This document shows positions 43,901 through 55,900 of a DNA stretch of 64,000 nt, piece by piece. The DNA lies in assembly GCF_032444005.1 (NCBI RefSeq), contig NC_091285.1, forward strand, positions 15,314,001 to 15,378,000, given 5' to 3'. The stretch comes from Ranitomeya imitator (taxonomy: Eukaryota). Position 1 is the first letter of the stretch, and every line of letters starts with the position of its first letter. The notes under the pieces were generated by a model that was not told where the DNA came from, searched no databases, and was given only the letters and a program-made list of their open reading frames with translations. A program made the translations under genes and the position numbers.

Positions 43901-46900
43901 CATGGCCTGCGGGGTCAGAGGTGCAGACAGTAAGGGCTCGTTCACACCTCGCCACAGTCATGTTGGGGTTTTTGTGGTGTTTTTTAGGAAATGGAGGCTA
44001 CTCGCGACATTGCGATATAATGTAATAGTATATAACGTGCCAGACTGTAATATCACGTGATGTAACAGATGACGTCCCTCACCTCCCAGATGTCTCGCAG
44101 GTCCGTGTGGCTAAACAGATATTTTCCGTTCTCATCCACAGGGATCATTTCTTCTCCAGTCTGAAAAAGACAAATATCAGGGTCACGGTGGCAGAAAAGT
44201 GCCCTCTATATACAGTGCCCGGAAAGTGCCCCTATATACAGTGTTAGGAAAGTGCCCCTATATACAGTGCCAGGACAGCGCCCTCTATATACAGCACCAG
44301 GCAAGTGCCCTCTATACACAGCGCCAGGAAAGAGCCCTATATATACAGTGCCGAGAAAGCGGAGATAGGTACAGTGCAAGAAAAGTGTCCAGAACAGACA
44401 GTATTGGCACAGTGCCCTCTACAGTGTTGGCACAGTGCCCTCTACAGACAGTATTGGCACAGTGCCCTGTACAGACAGTATCAGCACAGTGCCCTCTACA
44501 TACAGTGTCGGCACAGTGCCCTCTACAGTGTCCGCACAGTGCCCTCTACAGAGAGTATTGGCACAGTGCCCTCTACAGTGTCGGCACAGTGCCCTCTACA
44601 GACAGTGTCAACACAGTGCCCTCTACAGACAGTGTCGGCACAGTGTCCTCTACAGACAGTGTCGGCACAGTGCCCTCTACAGTGTTGGCACAGTGCCCTC
44701 TACAGTCAGTGTCGGCACAGTGCCCTCTACAGACCGTGTCGGCACAGTGCCCTCTACAGACAGTGTCGGCTGTTGTGAATTCTGTGGCAGAGCTCCCTCC
44801 TGTGGTCACAAGTGGTACTTCGGCTGATTCTCTCTGTGAGCTTCCGTTGGTGGAGGAAAGTGGTACTGCGGCTTCTGAGTTTCCTTCCTCAGGTGATGTG
44901 GTGAAGTCGTTAGGTGCTGCTCTATTTAACTCCACCTAGTGCTTTGATCCTGGCCTCCAGTCAATGTTCTAGTATTGGACCTGTTTCCTCCTGGATCGTT
45001 CCTGTGGCCTGCTGCTCTGCATAGCTAAGTTCCGCTTTGCTATTTTGTTTGCTGTTTTTTTCTGTCCAGCTTGTCTATTTGTTTTTTCCTGCTTGCTGGA
45101 AGCTCTGGGACGCAGAGGGTGTACCTCCGTGCCGTTAGTTCGGTACGGAGGGTCTTTTTGCCCCCTTTGCGTGGTTTTTGTAGGGTTTTCCTATCCTCGC
45201 TCTGTTCAGAAAGTCGGGCCTCACTTTGCTAAATCTATTTCATCTCTACCTTTGTCTTTTCATCTTAACTCACAGTAATTATATGTGGGGGCTGCCTTTT
45301 CCTTTGGGGGATTTCTCTGAGGCAAGGTAGGCTTATTTTCTATCTTCAGGCTAGCTAGTTTCTCAGGCTGTGCCGAGTTGCATAGGGAGCGTTAGGCGCA
45401 ATCCACGGCTGCCTCTAGTGTGGTTGGAGAGGATTAGGGATTGCGGTCAGCAAATTTCCCACGTCTCAGAGCTCGTTCTATGTTTTTGGGTTATTGTCAG
45501 GTCACTGAATGTGCTCTGACCTCTATGTCCATTGTGGTACTGAATTACCTTATCATAACAGTACTGGAGGCCCAAAGTACTAATGATTCTCAATAGAGGG
45601 AAAAAAGAAGTTCTGAGACTATTTTTTTCTCTCTGCACTGTGTTTTGCCTTTTTTTCCCCTAGACATTTGGGTGGTTCAGGACACAGGTGTAGCGATGGA
45701 CATTAAAGGTCTGTCTTCATGTGTGGATCAGCTCACGGCAAGAGTACAAAATATTCAAGACTTTGTGGTTCAGAATTCTATGTTAGACCCGAGAATTCCG
45801 ATTCCTGATTTGTTTTTTGGAGATAGAACTAAATTTCTGAGTTTCAAAAATAATTGTAAACTATTTCTGGCTTTGAAACCTCGCTCCTCTGGTGACCCAG
45901 TTCAACAGGTTAGGATCGTCATTTCTTTTTTGCATGGCGACCCTCAGGACTGGGCATTTTCTCTTGCGTCAGGAGATCCTTCATTAAGTAATATCGATGC
46001 GTTTTTCCTGGCGCTCGGATTGCTGTACGATGAACCTAATTCAGTGGATCAGGCAGAGAAAAATTTGCTGGCTCTGTGTCAGGGTCAGGATGAGATAGAG
46101 GTATATTGTCAGAAATTTAGAAAGTGGTCCGTACTCACTCAATGGAATGAAGGTGCGCTCGCAGCTATTTTCAGAAAAGGTCTCTCTGAAGCCCTTAAGG
46201 ATGTCATGGTGGGATTTCCTATGCCTGCTGGTCTGAATGAGTCTATGTCTTTGGCCATTCAGATCGGTCGACGCTTGCGCGAGCGTAAATCTGTGCATCA
46301 TTTGGCGGTATTACCTGAGCTTAAACCTGAGTCTATGCAGTGCGATAGGACTTTGACCAGAGTTGAACGGCAAGAACACAGACGTCTGAATGGGCTGTGT
46401 TTCTACTGTGGTGATTCCACTCATGCTATCTCTGATTGTCCTAAGCGCACTAAGCGGTTCGCTAGGTCTGCCACCATTGGTACGGTACAGTCAAAATTTC
46501 TTCTGTCCGTTACCTTGATCTGCTCTTTGTCATCGTATTCTGTCATGGCATTTGTGGATTCAGGCGCTGCCCTGAATTTGATGGACTTGGAGTTTGCTAG
46601 GCGTTGTGGGTTTTTCTTGGAGCCCTTGCAGTGTCCTATTCCATTGAGAGGAATTGATGCTACGCCTTTGGCCAAGAATAAGCCTCAGTACTGGACCCAG
46701 CTGACCATGTGCATGGCTCCTGCACATCAGGAGGGTATTCGCTTTCTGGTGTTGCATAATCTGCATGATGTGGTCGTGTTGGGGTTGCCATGGCTACAAG
46801 TCCATAATCCAGTATTAGATTGGAAATCCATGTCTGTGTCCAGCTGGGGTTGTCAGGGGGTACATGGTGATGTCCCATTTCTGACTATTTCGTCATCCAC

Positions 46901-49900
46901 CCCTTCTGAGGTTCCAGAGTTCTTGTCTGATTACCGGGATGTATTTGATGAGCCCAAGTCCGATACCCTACCTCCGCATAGGGATTGTGATTGTGCTATC
47001 GATTTGATTCCTGGTAGTAAATTCCCAAAAGGTCGACTGTTTAATTTATCTGTGCCTGAGCACGCCGCTATGCGGAGTTATGTGAAGGAGTCCTTGGAGA
47101 AGGGGCATATTCGCCCGTCATCGTCGCCATTAGGAGCAGGGTTCTTTTTTGTAGCCAAGAAGGATGGTTCACTGAGACCTTGTATAGATTACCGCCTTCT
47201 AAATAAGATCACGGTTAAATTTCAGTACCCCTTGCCGTTGCTATCTGATTTGTTTGCTCGGATTAAGGGGGCTAGTTGGTTCACCAAGATAGATCTTCGT
47301 GGTGCGTATAATCTTGTGCGTATTAAGCGAGGCGATGAATGGAAAACTGCATTTAATACGTCCGAGGGCCATTTTGAGTATCTAGTAATGCCATTCGGAC
47401 TTGCCAATGCTCCATCAGTGTTTCAGTCCTTTATGCATGACATCTTCCGAGAGTACCTGGATAAATTCCTGATTGTGTACTTGGATGACATTTTGATCTT
47501 CTCGGATGATTGGGAGTCTCATGTGAAGCAGGTCAGAACGGTGTTTCAGGTCCTGCGTGCTAATTCTGTGTTTGTGAAGGGATCAAAGTGTCTCTTTGGT
47601 GTTCAGAAGGTTTCATTTTTGGGGTTCATCTTTTCCCCTTCTACTATCGAGATGGACCCTGTTAAGGTCCAAGCCATCCATGATTGGACTCAGCCGACAT
47701 CTCTAAAAGTCTGCAAAAGTTCCTGGGCTTTGCTAATTTTTATCATCGCTTCATCTGCAATTTTTCTAGTATTGCTAAACCATTGACCGATTTGACCAAG
47801 AAGGGTGCTGATGTGGTCAATTGGTCTTCTGCTGCTGTGGAAGCTTTTCAAGAGTTGAAGCGTCGTTTTTCTTCTGCCCCTGTGTTGTGTCAACCAGATG
47901 TTTCGCTTCCGTTCCAGGTCGAGGTTGATGCTTCTGAGATTGGAGCAGGGGCTGTTTTGTCGCAGAGAAGTTCTGATTGCTCGGTGATGAAACCATGCGC
48001 CTTCTTTTCCAGGAAGTTTTCGCCTGCTGAGCGAAATTATGATGTGGGCAATCGAGAGTTGCTGGCCATGAAGTGGGCATTCGAGGAGTGGCGTCATTGG
48101 CTTGAAGGAGCTAAGCATCGCGTGGTGGTCTTGACTGATCATAAGAACTTGACTTATCTCGAGTCTGCCAAGCGGCTGAATCCTAGACAGGCTCGTTGGT
48201 CGCTGTTTTTTGCCCGTTTTGACTTTGTGATTTCGTACCTTCCGGGCTCTAAAAATGTGAAGGCGGATGCTCTGTCTAGGAGTTTTGTGCCCGACTCTCC
48301 GGGTTTGTCTGGGCCGGCGGGTATCCTCAAAGAGGGAGTAATTGTGTCTGCCATCTCCCCTGATTTGCGGCGGGTGCTGCAAAAATTTCAGGCTAATAAA
48401 CCTGATCGTTGCCCAGCGGAGAAACTGTTTGTCCCTGATAGGTGCACGAATAAAGTTATCTCTGAGGTTCATTGTTCGGTGTTGGCTGGTCATCCTGGAA
48501 TCTTTGGTACCAGAGAGTTAGTGGCTAGATCCTTTTGGTGGCCATCTCTGTCGCGGGATGTGCGTACTTTTGTGCAGTCCTGTGGGATTTGTGCTCGGGC
48601 TAAGCCCTGCTGTTCTCGTGCCAGTGGGTTGCTTTTGCCCTTGCCGGTCCCGAAGAGGCCTTGGACACATATCTCTATGGATTTTATTTCAGATCTTCCC
48701 GTCTCTCAAAAGATGTCGGTCATTTGGGTGGTCTGTGATCGCTTCTCTAAGATGGTCCATTTGGTACCCTTGTCTAAATTACCTTCCTCCTCTGATTTGG
48801 TGCCATTGTTCTTCCAGCATGTGGTTCGTTTACATGGCATTCCAGAGAATATCGTTTCTGACAGAGGTTCCCAGTTTGTTTCGAGGTTTTGGCGAGCCTT
48901 TTGTGGTAGGATGGGCATTGACTTGTCTTTTTCCTCGGCTTTCCATCCTCAGACTAATGGCCAGACCGAACGAACCAATCAGACCTTGGAAACATATCTG
49001 AGATGCTTTGTTTCTGCTGATCAGGATGACTGGGTGTCCTTTTTGCCTTTGGCTGAGTTCGCCCTTAATAATCGGGCCAGCTCGGCTACCTTGGTTTCGC
49101 CGTTTTTCTGCAACTCTGGGTTCCATCCTCGTTTCTCTTCAGGGCAGGTTGAGTCTTCGGACTGTCCTGGTGTGGATACTGTGGTGGACAGGTTGCAGCA
49201 GATTTGGACTCATGTAGTGGACAATTTGACCTTGTCCCAGAAGAAGGCTCAACGTTTCGCTAATCGCAGACGCTGTGTGGGTTCCCGACTTCGTGTTGGG
49301 GATTTGGTTTGGTTATCTTCTCATCATGAAATGAAACGAGGTTTAAACTTAGGAGAGGAAACCTTCATAGGAATGAAGGTTTCCTCTCCTAAGTTTAAAC
49401 CTCGTTTCATTGGTCCGTATAGGATTTCTGAGGTTCTTAATCCTGTGTCTTTTCGTCTGACCCTTCCAGATTCTTTTTCCATACATAACGTATTCCATAG
49501 GTCATTGTTGCGGAGATACGTGGCACCTATGGTTCCATCTGTTGATCCTCCTGCCCCGGTTTTGGTGGAGGGGGAGTTGGAGTATATTGTGGAGAAGATT
49601 TTGGATTCTCGTGTTTCGAGACGGAAACTCCAGTATCTGGTTAAGTGGAAGGGTTATGCTCAGGAAGATAATTCCTGGGTCTTTGCCTCTGATGTCCATG
49701 CTCCCGATCTTGTTCGTGCCTTTCATATGGCTCATCCTGGTCGTCCTGGGGGCTCTGGTGAGGGTTCGGTGACCCCTCCTCAAGGGGGGGAGTACTGTTG
49801 TGAATTCTGTGGCAGCGCTCCCTCCTGTGGTCACAAGTGGTACTTCGGCTGATTCTCTCTGTGAGCTTCCATTGGTGGAGGAAAGTGGTACTGCGGCTTC

Positions 49901-52900
49901 TGAGTTTCCTTCCTCAGGTGATGTGGTGAAGTCGTTAGGTGCTGCTCTATTTAACTCCACCTAGTGCTTTGATCCTGGCCTCCAGTCAATGTTCTATTAT
50001 TGGACCTGTTTCCTCCTGGATCGTTCCTGTGGCCTGCTGCTCTGCATAGCTAAGTTCCGCTTTGCTATTTTGTTTGCTGTTTTTTTCTGTCCAGCTTGTC
50101 TATTTGTTTTTTCCTGCTTGCTGGAAGCTCTGGGACGCAGAGGGTGTACCTCCGTGCCGTTAGTTCGGTACGGAGGGTCTTTTTGCCCCATTTGCGTTTT
50201 TTTTGTAGGGTTTTGTGTTGACCGCAAAGTTACCTTTCCTATCCTCGCTCTGTTCAGAAAGTCGGGCCTCACTTTGCTAAATCTATTTCATCTCTACGTT
50301 TGTCTTTTCATCTTAACTCACAGTCATTATATGTGGGGGCTGCCTTTTCCTTTGGGGGATTTCTCTGAGGCAAGGTAGGCTTATTTTCTATCTTCAGGCA
50401 AGCTAGGTTCTCAGGCTGTGCCGAGTTGCATAGGGAGCGTTAGGCACAATCCACGGCTGCCTCTAGTGTGGTTGGAGAGGATTAGGGATTGCGGTCAGCA
50501 AAGTTCCCACGTCTCAGAGCTCGTTCTATGTTTTTGGGTTATTGTCAGGTCACTGAATGTGCTCTGACCTCTATGTCCATTGTGGTACTGAATTACCTTA
50601 TCATAACAGTCGGCACAGTGCCCTCTACAGACAGTAACGGCACAGTGCCCTCTACAGTGTCAGCAGAGTACCCTCTACAGTGTCGGCACAGTGCCCTCTA
50701 CAGACAGTGTCGGCACTGTGCCCTCTACAGACAGTAACGGCACAGTGCCCTCTACAGACAGTGTCAGCACAGTGCCCTCTACAGACAGTGTCGACACAGT
50801 GTCCTCTACAGACAGTGTCGGCACAGTGCCCTCTACAGACAGTAACGGCACAGTGCCCTCTACAGACAGTGTCAGCACAGTGCCCTCTACAGACAGTGTC
50901 AGCACAGTACCCTCTACAGTGTCGGCAAAGTGCCCTCTACAGACAGTGTCGGCACAGTGCCCTCTACAGTGTCGGCACAGTGCCCTCTACAGACAGTGTC
51001 GGCACAGTGCCCTCTACAGACAGTGTCGGCACAGTGCCCTCTACAGACAGTGTCTGCACAGTGCCCTCTACATACAGTGTTGGCACAGTGCCCTCTACAG
51101 ACAGTGTCAGCACAGTACCCTCTACAGACAGTGTCGGCACAGTACCCTCTACAGTGTCGGCACAGTACCTTCTACAGACAGTGTCGGCACAGTACCTTCT
51201 ACAGTGTCGGCACAGTACCCTCTACAGACAGTGTCGGCACAGTGCCCTCTACAGACAGTGTCAGCATAGTGCCCTCTACATACAGTGTTGGCACAGTGCC
51301 CTCTACAGTGTCGGCACAGTGCCCTCTACAGAGAGTATTGGCATAGTGCCCTCTACAGTGTCGGCACAGTGCCCTCTACAGACAGTGTCAGCACAGTGCC
51401 CTCTACAGACAGTGTCGGCACAGTGCCCTCTACAGACAGTGTCGGCACAGTGCCCTCTACAGACAGTAATGGCACAGTGCCCTCTACAGACAGTGTCAGC
51501 ACAGTGCCCTCTACAGACAGTGTCGGCACAGTGCCCTCTACAGACAGTGTCGGCACAGTGCCCTCTACAGACAGTGTCGGCACAGTGCCCTCTATAGACA
51601 GTGCCAAGAAGTGTCCTCTATATACAGAAATGTGTCATATATAATGGCTCCCAAAACACAGGGCCAGACAATGCTGCTCTTATGGAATTAAATCATTTCT
51701 CAGTTACCTAGTAGAGGGAAAGGGTTGGATAAACATTCATATGTATCTATCTCCCCTGGTGGTGGCTGTCCTGATAGTAGGAATCTACATCAATACAACT
51801 CGCAGAACACCCCCCCTCACCCGCTTTCCCAAAAACAGATATTAAAAATAACTGCCCACTCACCTTAAACGCCACAGGCATGTGAATTAGGAAGAGATCA
51901 AGGTAATCCATCTGCAGGTCTTTTAGGGATTTTTCCAGGACTGGGCGCACCAGATCCGGAGAGTGAAAAGTGCTCCATAGCTAAAAAGCACAAAATATCT
52001 GTAATCATTGGTCCCAGAAGTCGTATAAATTAATATTCATGGAGCTCCCCCTAGTGGTGGCTGCACGCACCATCTTATCATGTATCACTATATACAGTGA
52101 GCTCCCCCTAGTGGTGACTGCAGACAGAATTTTATCATGTATCTCTGTACACAGGGAGCTCCCCCTAGTGGTGACTGCAGACAGGATCTTATCATGTATC
52201 TCTGTATACAGGGAGCTCCCCCTAGTGGCTGCAGACAGGATCTTATCATGTATCTCTGTATACAGGGAGCTCCCCCTAGTGGTGGCTGCAGACAGGATCT
52301 TCTCCTATGTATAGCACTCATGCTCTGTTCACATTGCTTAGCAGCGCAGATCCATTCAGTCCCACCATCCAACACAAGAGACGCTCTCACAAATCACTTA
52401 ACCATCTGCTCACTCTTTCGATCCTCCTCCTCCTAGTTGCTGGAGACATCTCTCCAAACCCCGGCCCCCCATGTTATAGCCAGTCAAACCTCCCAATTGC
52501 TACACCCAGAAACCCCTCTAACCTTATTAATATTCCCTGCATGCCTTCTGTCTCTTTGAATTGTGCCCTTTGGAATTCTCGCTCTGTGTGTAATAAACTC
52601 TCCTTCATCCATGACTTCTTCCTTTCTAATTCTCTTAATCTCCTAGCTCTTACTGAAACCTGGATCCAGCAGTCAGACACCACCGCTGCTGCTGCTCTTT
52701 CATATGGTGCACTACACTTTTCTCATACCCCAAGATCGGACAACAGAGCAGGTGGAGGCGTTGGTCTGCTCCTTTCACCAAAATGTACTTTCCAAGTTAT
52801 CCCCCAAGTACCCTCACTTGTCTTCCCTTCCTTTGAGGTCCATGTGGTCAGACTCTACGTCCCCTTCTCCATGCGAGTGGTGGTGGTGTATCGTCCTCCC

Positions 52901-55900
52901 GGCCCCTCTCATCAGTTCCTGGATCACTTTGCCACCTGGCTTCCACACTTTCTTTCCTGTGACACCCCCACCCTTATCATGGGTGATTTCAACATCCCTA
53001 TTGCCTCTCCCCTCTCCCAATCTGCTTCTCACCTTTTGGCTCTAACCTCCTCTTTCGGCCTCTCGCAGCATACTAACTCGCCAACACATGAAGATGGAAA
53101 CTCCCTTGACTTGGTCTTCTCCCGGCTTTGCTCAGTGGATGATTTCACAAACTCCCCTCTCCCACTCTCTGACCACCACCTTCTTTCATTCTCTATCAAG
53201 AACTGCCATCCCGCTCAGGTCACCCCCACTTTCCACACTTATAGAAACATACAGGCCATTAACACCCAGGAACTTATGAAGAACTTGCAGTCCTCATTGG
53301 CCCCAATCTCCTCCATCTCATGTCCTGATTCTGCTCTGAAGCATTACAATGAAACCCTGCAAAGTGCCCTGGATGAAGCTGCTCCTCCTATACATAAAAC
53401 AACTCGGCACAGACGGCAACAACCGTGGCACACGCTGCAAACACGTTTCCTGCAGCGGTGCTCCAGGTGCGCAGAACGTCTGTGGAGAAAATCTAATCTA
53501 CCCGAAGATTTCATCCATTATAAGTTCATGCTAAAGACATACAATTCTGCCCTTCACCTCTCCAAACAAACCTACTTCAACACCCTCATCACCTCCCTGT
53601 CCAATAACCCTAAACGTCTCTTTGACACGTTCCAGTCCCTACTCAACCCAAGAGCGCAGGCCCCAACCACGGATCTCCGTGCTGACGATCTGGCCAATTA
53701 CTTCAAAGAAAAAATTGACCATATTCGACAGGAAATCATCTCCCAATCTCTTCATACCATGCACTGTCCTCCCTCCCCCACTGCATCTAGTTCACTCTCT
53801 GACTTTGAACCAGTTACAGAAGAAGAAGTAAGCAGGCTCCTTGCATCTTCTCGCCCGACCACTTGCACCAGTGACCCCATTCCGTCACATTTCCTCCAGT
53901 CCCTTTCCCCGGCTGTCACCTCTCACCTAACAAAAATATTCAACCTTTCCCTCACTTCCGGTATTTTTCCCTCCTCATTTAAGCATGCCATCATACATCC
54001 ATTACTTAAAAAACCATCCCTCGACCAAAACTGTGCCGCTAATTATAGACCTGTCTCTAATCTTCCCTTCATCTCTAAACTCCTCGAACGCCTGGTCCAC
54101 TCCCGTCTTACCCGCTATCTCTCAGATAACTCTCTTCTCGACCCTCTTCAATCTGGTTTCCGCTCTTTACACTCTACTGAAACTGCCCTCACTAAAGTCT
54201 CTAATGACCTACTAACAGCTAAATCTAATGGTCACTACTCCATGCTAATTCTCTTGGATCTCTCTGCAGCATTTGATACTGTGGATCATCAGCTCCTCCT
54301 CACTATGCTCCGCTCCATCGGCCTCAAGGACACCGTTCTCTCCTGGTTCTCCTCCTATCTCTCTGACCGATCCTTCACTGTATGTTTCGCTGGTTCCTCC
54401 TCCTCTCACCTTCCCCTTACTGTTGGGGTTCCTCAAGGATCAGTCCTAGGCCCCCTCCTCTTCTCTTTGTATACTGCCCCTATTGGACAAACAATCAGTA
54501 GATTTGGCTTCCAGTACCATCTCTATGCTGACGACACCCAACTATACACTTCTTCTCCTGATCTCACGCCTGCCTTATTAGAAAACACCAGTGATTGTCT
54601 TACCGCTGTCTCTAGCATCATGTCCTCCCTCTATCTGAAACTAAACCTGTCAAAAACTGAACTCCTCGTGTTTTCTCCCTCTACTAACCTACCTTTGCCT
54701 GACATTGCCATCTCCGTATGCGGTTCCACCATTACTCCAAAGCAACATGCCCGCTGCCTTGGGGTCATCCTTGATTCTGACCTTTCATTCACCCCCCACA
54801 TCCGATCACTGGCTCGCTCTTCTTACCTGCATCTCAAAAACATTTCTAGAATTCGCCCTTTTCTTACTTTCGACTCTGCAAAAACTCTTACTGTTTCACT
54901 TATTCATTCTCGTCTGGACTATTGTAACTCTCTACTAATCGGCCTCCCTCTTACCAAACTCTCCCCGCTCCAATCTGTCCTGAATGCTGCTGCCAGGATC
55001 ATATTCCTCACCAACCGTTACACCGATGCCTCTACCTTGTGCCAGTCATTACACTGGTTACCCATCCACTCAAGAATCCAGTACAAAACTACTACCCTCA
55101 TCCACAAAGCACTCCATGGCTCAGCACCACCCTACATCTCCTCTCTGGTCTCAGTCTACCACCCTACCCGTGCCCTCCGCTCCGCTGATGACCTCAGGTT
55201 AGCATCCTCAATAATCAGAACCTCCCACTCCCGTCTCCAAGACTTTACACGTGCTGCGCCGATTCTTTGGAATGCACTACCTAGGATAATACGATTAATC
55301 CCCAATCCCCACAGTTTTAAGCGTGCCCTAAAAACTCATTTGTTCAGACTGGCCTACCGCCTCAATGCATTAACCTAACGATCCCTGTGTGGCCTATATT
55401 AAAAAAAAAAAAAAAATTAATTAACTGGTTCATGCAGCTTTACATGAACACCCAAGCCTTACACTATGGCTGGTCTGAATAACTATAGCAATTGTTACCA
55501 TCCACCTCTCGTGTCTCCCCTTTTCCTCATAGTTTGTAAGCTTACGAGCAGGGCCCTCACTCCTCTTGGTATCTGTTTTGAACTGTATTTCTGTTATGCT
55601 GTAATGTCTATTGTATGTACAAGTCCCCTCTATAATTTGTAAAGCGCTGCGGAATATGTTGGCGCTATATAAATAAAAATTATTATTATTATTATTATTA
55701 TTATCATGTATCTCTGTGTACAGGGAGCTCCCCCTAGTGGTAGCTGCAGACAGGATCTTATCATGTATCTCTGTATACAGGGAGCTCCCCCTAGTAGTGG
55801 CTGCAGACAGAATCTTATCATGTATCTCTGTATATAGGGAGCTCCCCCTAGTGGTGGCTGCAGACAGGATCTTATCATATATCTCTGATTACAGGGAGCT

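Noticed and set aside
47684-47786. Programmed ribosomal frameshift between the two Gypsy ORFs
   Set aside because: The break lies within the RT/RNase H region, and the sister element reads through it in frame (QPTSVKGLQKFLGF), so it is a 1-nt deletion lesion or sequencing error.
50609-51600. CTCF-like half motif (TGTAGAGGGCAC) in the 27-bp minisatellite
   Set aside because: It matches only the 3' half of the core with mismatches at the 5' CC-R positions, which is too weak without a PWM score.
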